A stretch of 64,000 bases of DNA, taken from Octopus bimaculoides. Its lineage: Eukaryota. Under the pieces are notes generated by a model. It made no database searches. It saw only the letters and a program-made list of their open reading frames with translations, and was not told where the DNA came from. The stretch covers positions 66,610,283 through 66,674,282 of the forward strand of contig NC_068990.1 of NCBI RefSeq assembly GCF_001194135.2, given 5' to 3'. This document shows, piece by piece, positions 1 through 12,197 of this stretch (its first letter is position 1; each line of letters starts with the position of its first letter). A program made the position numbers and the translations under genes.

Positions 1-148
1 ATATATATATATATATATATATACATACACATACACACATACATATATATGTGTATATACATATATATGCATATAAATATACATATATATATACATACAA
101 ATATACATGCATACATTCATTGATACATACATACACACACACACACAT

Positions 149-191
<43 letters not shown>

Positions 192-221
192 TGCATGTAT
201 CTATGTATGTATATGTATATC

Positions 222-254
<33 letters not shown>

Positions 255-255
255 G
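1..255. repeat. compound (AT)n/(AC)n/(ATGT)n microsatellite
   Basis: Dinucleotide and tetranucleotide runs are directly visible; they explain ORF 51..509. Confidence 0.95.
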
Positions 256-824
256 CGCATGTGTGTAGGTGTATCAAATGTATGTACATCACCAAGGCAG
301 CCGAACTCACCTTCACCACCTTATATCTATATATTCCCGTCTCAACTCTTCTAATAATTAGTTTTAATATTCGCTTAATTCCTTCTTATACTTCCAACAA
401 ACCTTGCAGAAAAAAAAAGCTTTTTTCTTTCTCATCTATGTTGTTTTTTTTCCTTAGCATTTATTTATTTTTTTTAATTGCATATCTTCCCCACACATTT
501 TTGTTATAACTTTTTCGAGTTAATTATTGCTTGAATTTGCTTTCATACGTTATATTAATGTGGTAATGTATATAAGCATATACATGTGTGTTTATATAGG
601 TATAGCTGCATGAAATGCATACATACTTACATGGACATTTACATGCTGGCACTCCTATTTAAACACCCTCATCCACATGCCGTACATACATATATATCCG
701 TGTGAATTAAATTCTGAATATATATGTGGGTATACATACACAACCATCCCCCTGCGCGAATATGCATATGTGTATTTGGTTGTATATGAATATGTATGTG
801 TGTGCTTGCGTAAGTATAGTGCGC

Positions 825-960
825 TATATATATATCTATATATATATATCTATATATATATCTATATATATATCTATATATATATCTATATATATATACA
901 CTTACACACACACAACACTATGCAAACATATAAACACGCACACGCGCGCACGCACTCACT
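825..960. repeat. (ATATATATATCT)n 12-bp unit followed by AC-rich microsatellite
   Basis: About 5 copies of the 12-bp unit at ~830-895, then (CA)/(CG) runs. Confidence 0.9.
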
Positions 961-1134
961 CACGTGTACATATAATGGTTTGGTGCTGAATATGTGATGC
1001 AATGGCAAAACTCAATTTAACTGAATAGTAAAATATATCCATTATAGCGAGCATATCACAACTGAAGGTATGTAGGCGACCAATAGTTTCATGTGAGACG
1101 TAATGTCTATCTAAGACACGGCCGGTTCACAAAA

Positions 1135-1184
1135 TGATATTTATTACAATCATCAGACCGCCTTAATGATTGTAATGAATATCA
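1135..1184. repeat. 19-bp inverted repeat (hairpin, 12-nt loop)
   Basis: tgatatttattacaatcat (1135-1153) vs atgattgtaatgaatatca (1166-1184): 18/19 complementary. Confidence 0.8.
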
Positions 1185-1770
1185 TGTAAAACAACTACAC
1201 CCTATATAGACCTTGCAGCCTATGTGAAACCACTATTAGCGTGCATATATTTGACTATACTTCGTGTATGTTTTTGTATGTCTGTGTGTATAGATAAATA
1301 TTTATATACATACATACACACTTACCTACGTACATAGATAGGTAAGTAGATAGATAGATATGTTCATAAATACAGACATACATATATACATACATGCATA
1401 TATACATACTTTAATGGATGGATAGATAGATAAATAGATATCTAGATGAATGTAAATGCATTATCTCCTTTGTGTGTCCTTCTAGTCGTCTCCTATACCA
1501 GCATTTCTTGTTTAAACGTCGTTCGCTCAAAAGACAACTGACAAACGGTCTTGTTCTGTTGGGTAGCTGTATTTAACAAGATTCATGATTTTATTTGGGC
1601 GTTATATATANNNNNNNNNNATACACACATATTGCTAGCAAGGTTACTGTTCTCGTATTTTGTTTGGCAACCATAATATACTACCGGCTATATTAAGGGT
1701 TTACAAGTCTATATTGTGTCTTATATTTTGTGTTAGTAGTGCAAACAATGCGACTGAAAATAGAAAATAT

Positions 1771-1829
1771 AGATAAAAGGTGTATATTCGTATTTCAAGA
1801 ATTATTCCTCTTTCATCAGCACCCCATCC
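1771..1829 (-). ncRNA. type I hammerhead ribozyme (complete canonical core)
   Basis: Minus strand reads GGAU-GGGGUG-CUGAUGA-AAGA-ggaauaau-UCUU-GAA-AUA-cgaa-UAU-A-CACCUU-uu-AUCU. Core CUGAUGA/GAAA/UA is intact. Stem II has 4 bp, stem III 3 bp with a CGAA loop, stem I 6 bp + UU bulge + 4 bp. Predicted cleavage between 1783 and 1782. Confidence 0.7.
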
Positions 1830-1980
1830 AACACAACAAGTATCTACGAACGAATTGCTGAAATGCCCACTAAGTTCCGCGACGTAATCCTTTTGGATGG
1901 ACTAATTTCTAGAGTAAACAAATTCTTGTGAACTGGGGCGTAAATATTAATTATTAGCAAGAATACGGTGTTTCGTTTTG

Positions 1981-2028
1981 CAATCATAATAAACTACCAA
2001 GTCAATCATAATATACTACCAAGTCAAT
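1981..2028. repeat. 22-bp tandem duplication, with a third related 18-mer at 1668-1685
   Basis: caatcataataaactaccaagt / caatcataatatactaccaagt / caat; caaccataatatactacc at 1668-1685. Confidence 0.85.
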
Positions 2029-3141
2029 ATTGCATCTTTACATTTTGTGTCGGCTGTGCGATGTTCTCATTCTAATGTTTATCGTTATAGATTTTCAATA
2101 GAATTCAGAGCAAGCACTGTGACTTACAACGTTTCTTATACGAATATATCTATGTAATCAATGGATCATAGATAGAAAAGATAGGCAATGGATAGCTGGT
2201 TTGTTAGATGTGGTGCTAGTGAAAGAACAATAACTTTTGATATATATATATATATATATATANNNNNNNNNNNNNNNNNNNNNNNNNNNNNNNNNNNNNN
2301 NNNNNNNNNNNNNNNNNNNNNNNNNNNNNNNNNNNNNNNNNNNNNNNNNNNNNNNNNNNNNNNNNNNNNNNNNNNNNNNNNNNNNNNNNNNNNNNNNNNN
2401 NNNNNNNNNNNNNNNNNNNNNNNNNNNNNNNNNNNNNNNNNNNNNNNNNNNNNNNNNNNNNNNNNNNNNNNNNNNNNNNNNNNNNNNNNNNNNNNNNNNN
2501 NNNNNNNNNNNNNNNNNNNNNNNNNNNNNNNNNNNNNNNNNNNNNNNNNNNNNNNNNNNNNNNNNNNNNNNNNNNNNNNNNNNNNNNNNNNNNNNNNNNN
2601 NNNNNNNNNNNNNNNNNNNNNNNNNNNNNNNNNNNNNNNNNNNNNNNNNNNNNNNNNNNNNNNNNNNNNNNNNNNNNNNNNNNNNNNNNNNNNNNNNNNN
2701 NNNNNNNNNNNNNNNNNNNNNNNNNNNNNNNNNNNNNNNNNNNNNNNNNNNNNNNNNNNNNNNNNNNNNNNNNNNNNNNNNNNNNNNNNNNNNNNNNNNN
2801 NNNNNNNNNNNNNNNNNNNNNNNNNNNNNNNNNNNNNNNNNNNNNNNNNNNNNNNNNNNNNNNNNNNNNNNNNNNNNNNNNNNNNNNNNNNNNNNNNNNN
2901 NNNNNNNNNNNNNNNNNNNNNNNNNNNNNNNNNNNNNNNNNNNNNNNNNNNNNNNNNNNNNNNNNNNNNNNNNNNNNNNNNNNNNNNNNNNNNNNNNNNN
3001 NNNNNNNNNNNNNNNNNNNNNNNNNNNNNNNNNNNNNNNNNNNNNNNNNNNNNNNNNNNNNNNNNNNNNNNNNNNNNNNNNNNNNNNNNNNNNNNNNNNN
3101 NNNNNNNNNNNNNNNNNNNNNNNNNNNNNNNNNNNNNNNNN

Positions 3142-3173
<32 letters not shown>

Positions 3174-3189
3174 TATATATAGATAATCA

Positions 3190-3225
<36 letters not shown>

Positions 3226-3705
3226 CATATTTGTGTATCGTATATAGACACATAAACACACACATTTATATACACATATGACTGTACCAAATGTGTATAC
3301 TTGATTTTGTTGGCTCCTATCACTGTAACATTGTAAGGAAAAGCCAACGTTTATGGTAAGAGAAATGGAAGACAGAAGAGAAAGATTATATTGGAAAAAG
3401 AGATGAAGTAAATAAATAAAGTGATATATATGAGAGATTAACTGAGTAGAGTGGAGTGAAAGAGAAAGAGAGAGAAATAGGGAGAATGAGAGACAGACGG
3501 GTAAAGCAAAATGATTTGATTGATTCACAGTAACAATAATGAAAGAGAATAGGTGAAGCGACAAAGAATAACAAAGACAAAATGAACGACAATACTAAAA
3601 CCGAAATTAAAATCGAGCAATGTTTGAAGTTGGTAAATATTTTGCAAATACAGTACAGTAGTGAAAAATACGCAGTAATAAATTAATGAAAATAACTGTA
3701 TTTCT

Positions 3706-4152
3706 ATCCTCGTTTATCACTGATGGTTGTTAAAAACGTGATAAATACACCAGTGATAAATGAATCATCTCCACGCACTTTGTAAACAAAACGCAGAAAA
3801 ATTCACGGCTCAAAGCAGCAAAGATTTTACCGTCTCAATTTCTTGATCAACTCAACATTTCATGTAGGGAGTAGTATACTTGCCCGCCTCGTTTGTATGT
3901 TTTTTTAATTAACTGGTCCCATGTTGATATGTAAGCTCGAAGCGCGGGCATGTAAACACAAGTGGTGGTCAGTGCGTTTTGTGTAGCTGAACGTTGCGAG
4001 TGGTCGCTGGGATACGTTTTCGTAGTACATATAAACTTTTTAACTGATCGTTACACCGTGTTTTCTCAGATCAAACCGTGATAAACGTAACATATTTCAG
4101 TATTGAGTGGGCCGTGTTATCCCAGTTGAGTAACACAATGATAAACGAGGCT
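3706..4152. mobile_element. MITE with terminal inverted repeats (PIF/Harbinger-like)
   Basis: cctcgtttatca (3708-3719) is the exact reverse complement of tgataaacgagg (4139-4150); no internal ORF; superfamily assigned by TIR resemblance only. Confidence 0.45.
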
Positions 4153-4409
4153 ACGATATAATGATATCAGTGAATTGGGTTTGCTTAAACCATTGTTAAA
4201 AGCAATGTCACATTGGGCAGTTAAGGAAGGCGTTCAGTCGTAGATAAAAGCCCAACACATTAATGAAACTTGCTCAGCTGATCCCTATTTTTGTGTCATA
4301 TGTAGTGATGACAAAAATCTTAGGAATATTCTGTAGTATAGTACAGCGAATATATATATATACATGATTGCATACATACACACATATACACATATATACG
4401 CGCACATAG

Positions 4410-4895
4410 AGTTTCTGTCATCTTCTATTTGTTTTAATCAATGGAATGCCACCGTGCTGGAACACCGCCTTCAAAGCTTGTGTAACATATCGATCCCAGT
4501 ACTTTTAAATCTGGTACTCAATCTCTCTGTTTCTTTAGAGGAACCGCTTAGTTACGTGGACATAAACAAATCATTACCGGTTGTCAAATGATGAGGGAAA
4601 CAAATACACTCATAAAGACACGCACACCTGCATACATACATACATACATACATACATACATGCATGCATACATACATACATACACATATACATGCATACA
4701 TGCAGACATACATACATATATAAATACATGGATATGCGACGAGCTTTCACACAATTTTCCTCTAACAAAGTCTCTCTCAATACGTTGGTCAGCTCGTGGC
4801 TATAGTAAAAGACACTTGCCCAAGGTGTAGTGAGAGCGAACACGAAGAAACCTTGTGTTTGTAAACCGTGTTTCTTAGCTACACATGGCTGCGCC
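4410..4895 (-). mobile_element. SINE family B, full length, with microsatellite middle
   Basis: Head 4735-4895 matches the reverse complement of the 16423 copy; (CATA)n middle; tail 4410-4620 matches the tail at 35040-35230. Confidence 0.75.
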
Positions 4896-5789
4896 TTTGA
4901 ATTGAAATTTACGTTATAAGGATTTAAAAATCTCGAGAGATATGAAGTAAAATACTTTTAATTTTACGGTGTAAATCAAATTAGACAAAATATTGGGTTA
5001 AATCCTTTTTGGATGGAAAAAAGTCGAATCTGACCTTAGGATATAAACCCACATCTTCTATGAACACGATAGAACAGCCTCCAAGATTTTTTCCATCCGA
5101 GGTTTTTAAAATTTTATTTTAGATAAAACGTACATTCTAAACGCTATCATTTACAGCTTTATGTACCTCGGGGTGCATTGTAAAAGATAATTTACTTCAT
5201 ATATAATGTAATACATAATCAGTTTTAAACTTGTAATATTTATTGTTGATTTATAGAATTCCAGGCTGTTTGATACAGCAGAATACAACGTATTAAATTT
5301 GAAAATTCTATTAAACTTACTGGTTTCATAGTGTTTTGGCGAGCGAGATCCTTGGAGTTATATCATGCACAGAATAAGCCGAAAGTGTCAACTGGATATG
5401 ATTGCAAGGGTTAATAGCAGTTCACTGACTAAGAGGAAGAAGAAGAATTAAGAATATGAAGAATTTCTCGAGGATTTGATAACCGGAAACTCTGAAGAAA
5501 TTTCATATTCAGATTATCAATTCCCTACGTAATGCATTTCAAAATAAGATACCCGGAAGGATTCAGTTTCACATTCTTTGAAATCCATTTCTAGTGGAAG
5601 GACATGGAGAATTCCATAATATTTCAAATATTTCCTTCGAAAGATTCTAATAAAATATAAAATCTACCGTGAGAAAAGGTAATTACAGTGTTACACCCGG
5701 TCATGTATTGTGCAGTGGTTAATAGTTGGGCACTACCACTTCGTGTTGAAATATCTCACACTTATACTTAAATGTATACGAAATGGAGC

Positions 5790-5946
5790 ATTAAGAAGTT
5801 CAAGGTGAAACCAGGTAGTTTCAAGTTCCGTCTTATTGCACGGCAATGACTTCTGCACCTTGGTCAAATGTTCTATTCATTAGGCCGACCAATGGGCTGC
5901 AAGTGAAGTTGATAAACGGAAAATGTGTGGAAGCCAGTAGTTTCTT

Positions 5947-5982
<36 letters not shown>

Positions 5983-6150
5983 TGTGTGTGTGTGTGTTCA
6001 TGTCTGTGCTTGGTTTGTCTGTAACCACCACCGCATGAGAACCAATGCAAGAGTGTTTACGTCCGTATAATTTAGCAGTTCGACTAAGCATTTCAAGGCG
6101 GTGCCTTGGCATAGCTGAGTTCCAGTGACTCAGACAAAGAAAAGGCAAAA
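5790..6150 (+). mobile_element. SINE family B, degenerate
   Basis: caccttggtcaaatg..ggccgacc..aaacggaaa head, (GT)/(GA) middle, aaggcggtgcc..gcatagctg tail. Confidence 0.6.
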
Positions 6151-6344
6151 CTTAAAAGACAAAGGATCGTAACTGAGCACATTTCACACGTAATTCTTCA
6201 ATATCAACAAATCGTCATAATTATATCATATTTGCATAGTTATATAATACATCGTTACTCCTTATATAGTTCTTTTACTTTATAAATTTTGGATAAATTT
6301 TATTTATAGCTGAAACACACTGTCATACATCTTCTCTTTTATAT

Positions 6345-6500
6345 TTTACTTCTTTCAGTCATTGGACTGCAGCCATACTAAGCCATGACTTCAGATGTTT
6401 AGTCAGACAATTTGATCCTAATACTTATTTTCAAGTCTGATGACTATTCTATCGACTCCAGTGCCGAACCACTAATTTACGTGGATGTAGACAAACTGAT
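6345..6500 (-). mobile_element. SINE family B 3' tail fragment
   Basis: ttcagtcattggactgcagccat...atcgactcc resembles 35040-35170. Confidence 0.5.
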
Positions 6501-6700
6501 AGAGTTTGTCAAGTGGTGGTAGAGGTCAAATACGAAAACAAAGTCAGATACACACACACATATACGTACACACGCAAGCACGCATGCGCGCGTACACACA
6601 CATATTCATAAGCATATAACCAACATATACTATACATATGTATACATACGTACATTTTTATATGCATATTCCTACATACGCACATATAGTCTTTATATAT

Positions 6701-7285
6701 ATCAGGTTGTCCCATAAGTTCTGTCCGAGTTTTGAATAAAGAAAACTAGTGATCAAATGTGATATTTAATTGAAATTTAATCATCAATGTAGTTTCTCTG
6801 ATTATCTATGACTTCCTTCCATCTATTTACAAGCTTTTTAATCCAATAAATGTAAAACTCTTTTGGATTCAAAGCGAAGAACTCTAAAATGTCAGTTTAG
6901 ACTTCCTTCTGCCTTGCAAAAGTTATGTCTCCCAAATGATTCTGTAAACTACGAAACAAATGGTAGTCTGAAGCAGCAAGGTCGGGAGAATAAGGTGGAT
7001 GAGGAATTTTTTCCCAAACAAGCTCTTCGATCTTCTGTGATGTGATTTTTGCAGTGTGGGGTCGTGCATTGTTCTGATGAAACATCACGCCTTTTCGATT
7101 CACTAAAGCGGGTCTTTTTTTCTTCAAAGCATGGTTCAAACGCTCTAATTATTGACTGTAGACTCGAGCATTGACTGTTGCATTAGGTGGTATCAATTCA
7201 AAGTGAATTACTCCTTTGCAATCCCACCAGATAGAGAGAAACTTTTTTCCATGGAGTTCCCATCTTGGTAGTGGACCTTTCTAAT
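6701..7285 (-). mobile_element. mariner transposon 3' part (decayed DD34D transposase plus 3' TIR)
   Basis: SIWWDCKGVIHFEL..., HQNNARPHTAK, HPPYSPDLAASDYHLFRSLQNHL; ends ..YIDD* (stop 6777-6779); TIR-like tcaggttgtcccataagtt next to TA; stops and frameshifts present. Confidence 0.92.
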
Positions 7286-7289
7286 GCAG

Positions 7290-7520
7290 TATTATAGTGA
7301 GGGGCTGCCTTTTCAAAGGTGTCTTTATCGGTGGATAGACTGGAGATGCGCCTGATAATGTTGTTAACCAGTTGTTTAATGACTGCTGATATGTGTGTGG
7401 GTGGTTGCAGCCTATGTCTATGTACGAGTCTTCAATATTTGGTTTATGGTAGGGTTTAAATTTGCCAGAGATAAAGTCCATGCTAATATCTAGGAAGTTG
7501 ACTATACATAGATGCCCACT
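7290..7520 (-). mobile_element. Penelope-like element RT C-terminal fragment
   Basis: VNFLDISMDFISGKFKPYHKPN..YIDIGCNHP matches the PLE RT motif NFLD..(Y/F)KPYxKPN..SNHP. Confidence 0.75.
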
Positions 7521-7811
7521 CATATATATATGTACATACACAGGTACACACACACACACACACATACACACACACACACACACANNNNNNNNNNNNNNNN
7601 NNNNNNNNNNNNNNNNNNNNNNNNNNNNNNNNNNNNNNNNNNNNNNNNNNNNNNNNNNNNNNNNNNNNNNNNNNNNNNNNNNNNNNNNNNNNNNNNNNNN
7701 NNNNNNNNNNNNNNNNNNNNNNNNNNNNNNNNNNNNNNNNNNNNNNNNNNNNNNNNNNNNNNNNNNNNNNNNNNNNNNNNNNNNNNNNNNNNNNNNNNNN
7801 NNNNNNNNNNN

Positions 7812-7852
<41 letters not shown>

Positions 7853-9064
7853 ATAAGATCAGAGGGGATATAACGAACATTACAACAGGTAGTACGTATA
7901 CCAAGCTATGTAAACCAGATGGAAATGGTTTCAGATGTGTCCGGTGGTATAACTTGAATTTTCGTTTCTGAAATTTACAGTCATTGGAGGCTCTTAAGTT
8001 CATTAAAACATCACATCACTGAATTTCATACGAACTAAGTAAACGAGATTGAAACTTTGCACCGACCAAAAAAGTCATTTGATAAACATTTAGTTAATTA
8101 CGTGTGTAAACTTTCGATCTCAACCCTTCACAAAATAATACTACTTCGACAACTACACACTAAAATTCTGGAACTTTGCATCACCACTTTAGTAACCAAA
8201 TCTATTTAAATTGAGCTATGAGGCATATCACGATTTCACAATATTAATTTCTGTTTCTTGCTTCCCTCATTTTCAATTTTTCTTTGCATTCATGTCAGCA
8301 TTTATATAGGGTACCCACATTTTTAAACTCCATTCTCACGTACTTCGAGACATAATCTTAAGTGAGTCCCTCTCTGTCATGCTAATCAACGTAACTACAG
8401 AAACGGGTATACTTAACGTGCCTTTTATTAAACCATTCCATATATTTACTAATTATATTATATAGCTGTAGCTTATTTTTTCTGAAGACGCTTTTTTCAT
8501 TACATCGTCTCTGCAACTACTTTCTCACTCCACTTTCACTATTTTAGCTCCGCTCTAATTCGAGTTTAACAAGAGTTTGCCATCTAAAGACACAGTGGTA
8601 TTAACAAAAGTAGAAACACGCTTCATATAAATGCACCTTCAGGAAAAGGAAATATTGTCCCTAACATTAACTCTCTTAAGATTGGATCCTCTCATACATA
8701 GTGTTTGATTCCGAATGCAATACATGCACACCTTCAAGTTCAGAGACTAGAATAACTCCATCCCCATTTCCCGCTACATGTCGATTTTCAGGGAGCAAGA
8801 AGACGATTCTTTCAGTGTGGAATGAAGCCGAGAAACTACATATAAACCAACGTTATTGCTTTGCTTGCTGAATTTTGTATTACAATTTTCTCCGTTAATC
8901 TGGACTACAAGATACACGCAATGCATGCTAAGTCTGTATCGAGTAGACATTTTTCAGCCATGTTAAATGATTTATATTATGTACATATAAATGCATATAT
9001 ACATACACACATTTATACGTACACACATACATACATATATAAATATACATATGTGTATATATGT

Positions 9065-9100
<36 letters not shown>

Positions 9101-10210
9101 TTTATACATATATATGTATATATATGTATGTGTGTGTGTATGCACTTATATATGTGCATATATAAATGCATATACATATATATATACTTATAAATTTAAA
9201 TATAAATATGTGTGGCTGTGCGCGTGCGTGTGAGTGCATATATGTGTGTGTTTAGGTATACATGTTTCTGCATGTGAATGTATAGATGATTGAATGTATC
9301 TGCACATAAATGCAAAGTAACTTCTCCTTGAAGCATATCGTGTTGAAAATACAACTATATTTGTTAAAAGTTTTCCGTTAACCTTTCCAAGTTAACGGCT
9401 ATAGCTATTACAAACACATATCTGTTCGTAATAGTTCATGTTCTGCCCGGTAATTTTTTACTTGTTGAGGAAACAATTTATCTTTTGAATTAATATAGCT
9501 TCCAGAAACTTCTTTTAGAGAATATCTTGAAATTTAATGTAGTACTTCAGAATTTATTTCCAAAATATTTCGATTAACAGCAGCCATTTTTGTCACCAAT
9601 CGACAAACAACGTGAAGGACGCTGTATTCGAGTTCTTACAACTGTAATAGTCTATAGAATGACTTTTGACATGTGATATCCTAGGAGAAGTTGATGTCAA
9701 AGTATATTGACAATGCATCGTCAAAAGAAGAAAACGAATAGAAACAGAATATGAACCCCTATGATTACCGTTGGAAAGGTAAACATCATCTGCTGGCTTA
9801 AGGTGTCGTTAATGGAATTCTTTTTCATGTTAGCTTTTAGACATTGTCTTCAAATTTAGGATAATTCGGTAACTGCATGCATGAACTCTTATTAAAGCAA
9901 TCTACAAGTCCTTGTTTCTTTTCCTCACCGACTGTGTAAGAGGCCATGAAAATGTGATGGGCATTGACATTCTCCTTCTCAATAATCCATAAAAGTATGC
10001 TCAAATAACTTGGAAGGATTGGATAAGTGTTTAACAATCTCTACATAATAAAAGCAAATATATAGATGTTGGTTCGCTGTTGGTTGGATTCTCCAGTTAC
10101 GTTTAATATCAAACACACATAGGCAAACACATACATGCACACACACGCACACACACACATACACATGCATATATATATATATATTTCTTTCCCTCTCCCT
10201 TTATATATAT

Positions 10211-10220
10211 ATATATATAA

Positions 10221-10254
<34 letters not shown>

Positions 10255-10271
10255 GGGGAGAGAGAGAGAGG

Positions 10272-10312
<41 letters not shown>

Positions 10313-10415
10313 GGGGAGAGAGAGAGAGGGGAAGAGAGAGAGAGAGAGAAAGAGAGAGGGAGAGAGAGAGAGAAAGAGAGGGGGAGAGAGAGAGGGGAAG
10401 AGAGAGAGAGAGAGT
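10211..10415. repeat. (GA)n polypurine tract with higher-order unit
   Basis: The block aaagagagggggagagagagaggggaagagag occurs three times within (GA)n. Confidence 0.9.
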
Positions 10416-10570
10416 AAGTGAGAAAATGAAAAATACAGAGTGAACGTAAAATAAAGTAAATAGAGGAACGCTGAAATCTACAAGCGTTGGGTGGGGATGG
10501 GGGTACAGAAGCAGTAGGGTAAAAATATACATACTTGAGCACGTGTGTGTGCATGTATATATATATTATA

Positions 10571-10725
10571 AGACGGCCTTTCAGTTTCCGTCTATCAAAT
10601 CCATTCACGAGGCTTTGGTCGGCACGAAACTATAGTAAAAGACATTTGCCCAAGATGTGACACAGTGGGACTGAGCCATAAACCATGTGTTTAGAAAGTA
10701 AGCTTCTTACCACGCCGCAATGCCT
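10571..10725 (-). mobile_element. SINE family B head
   Basis: Reverse complement of the 16423-16589 head. Confidence 0.8.
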
Positions 10726-11060
10726 TTGTATGCCTGTATATCTATAATACATTAAAAGTCAGTATCAGTCTTGCTTGCTTGCAATGTTACCCAGGCAAAC
10801 TGTCGCATAATGGGAAAATACTATGAATTAAGTACACCCTGAAATGTTGATAGGAATGGAATGAAACAAGTTTCGCGTAAATTGGAGCAGTAGTTTTCGG
10901 GTATAAATATCCAAAACACTGCATAGTGTGAAAATGTTCCGAATTTTTCAGCCTGAAAGGGAAGAAACTCTAACTTTTCGATTAGACTGATTTGGCAACG
11001 AAAAAATACGATTTGTTTTTTTACAGTAAATATATATACATACAACCTTCGGCAGAGTAA

Positions 11061-11350
11061 CAGTCATGTGGTGGTCCGCGGACCGGTGCCGCTCCGCGAG
11101 CCATCAGCTGCTGGTACGCACCGAGTTTCCAGAAAAGGAAGAAACATAAAATGCTTACAAAATGTTTACGTAATATTGTATTATTTGTTTTCAGAATAAA
11201 TATAAGATTAAAAGAAATTGTCATCTTTTATTATATTCATTATATATATTGCTTCCGGTATAAATTAATATTACTAAGAAATATTACCGGTCCCCGGCAC
11301 ATTGGAAATAAAAAGCTGCCAGTACGCCACATCAGATAGTTTGAGAAGCA
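11061..11350. mobile_element. hAT-Charlie (MER1-like) non-autonomous element
   Basis: gtggtccgcggaccggtgccgctccgcgagcc at the left end; accggtcccc..tttgagaagca at the right end, resembling Charlie-type ends; AT-rich interior. Confidence 0.55.
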
Positions 11351-12074
11351 GATATGTACAACTTGAGCAGACACACATATCAGTACATAAACATACGTTT
11401 ACATATACATACACATATACACACACGCAGACACGTCTACACACTTACATACGTAAATGCTCACATACATACATACATACATACATACTTGCGTATATAC
11501 AAGCATACGCATGTAAACATCTGCATACGTACATGCATATATGCACACATACATACATACGTGAACACATATATATCATGAACTTCGTAACCTCTGTGTG
11601 AAATAGACCACCCCCCTTTTTTTTCGAGTGCATTGAACGTTATCACACCTCCAAAGATTGGCTGGTATTTTTAACCCGCCCTGCTACTACATAACAGCTA
11701 TTTGCGATAAAGGACCAGACATGCCTGTCACGTGGTAGCAAGGCGTGAAAGAAATAGCAGCCAAATCATTCCTTTTTTGGGTAAAAGGAGACGTTTACGC
11801 GTGATTTCGATTTAACACTCGTTGAGAGCATGCGAAATAACTTGGAAAAGAAAAAAGTCCACGAAGCAAGACTCCGTTGCTGAGAAACTGAGTTTCTCGG
11901 TAACCCAGTAGGTCACGAGTAGTCCAGTATATGTATATGTATATACATATATATGCATAACTACAATTCTATCATTTAATTATTTTCTTTCTTTTCTGAA
12001 AAGTATTCTTTTCAGTTGTCTACAAACACAGCCAGGCTGAAATATTTCATGCAGTCTTCTAGGAATGAATAAAA

Positions 12075-12197
12075 CATTCTCAAACTTGAGGGGGTGGGCC
12101 CCTTAGATACTAACATGGGCCCGCGTATATTCATTCTAATGGCACAGGGCCCCACTTATCACCGGACAAGCTGGCAACCTGGCCAGTCCACCACTGT
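12075..12197 (-). mobile_element. GC-rich hAT-like MITE terminus
   Basis: Minus strand starts cagtggtggactggccagg.. and contains repeated gggccc motifs; the other end is not seen. Confidence 0.35.

Noticed and set aside
1820-1913. Apparent plus-strand exon (..ttcatcag|TPSNTTSIYERIAEMPTKFRDVILLDGLISR|gtaaac)
   Set aside because: The acceptor is just the reverse complement of the hammerhead CUGAUGAAAGA; no recognised homology.
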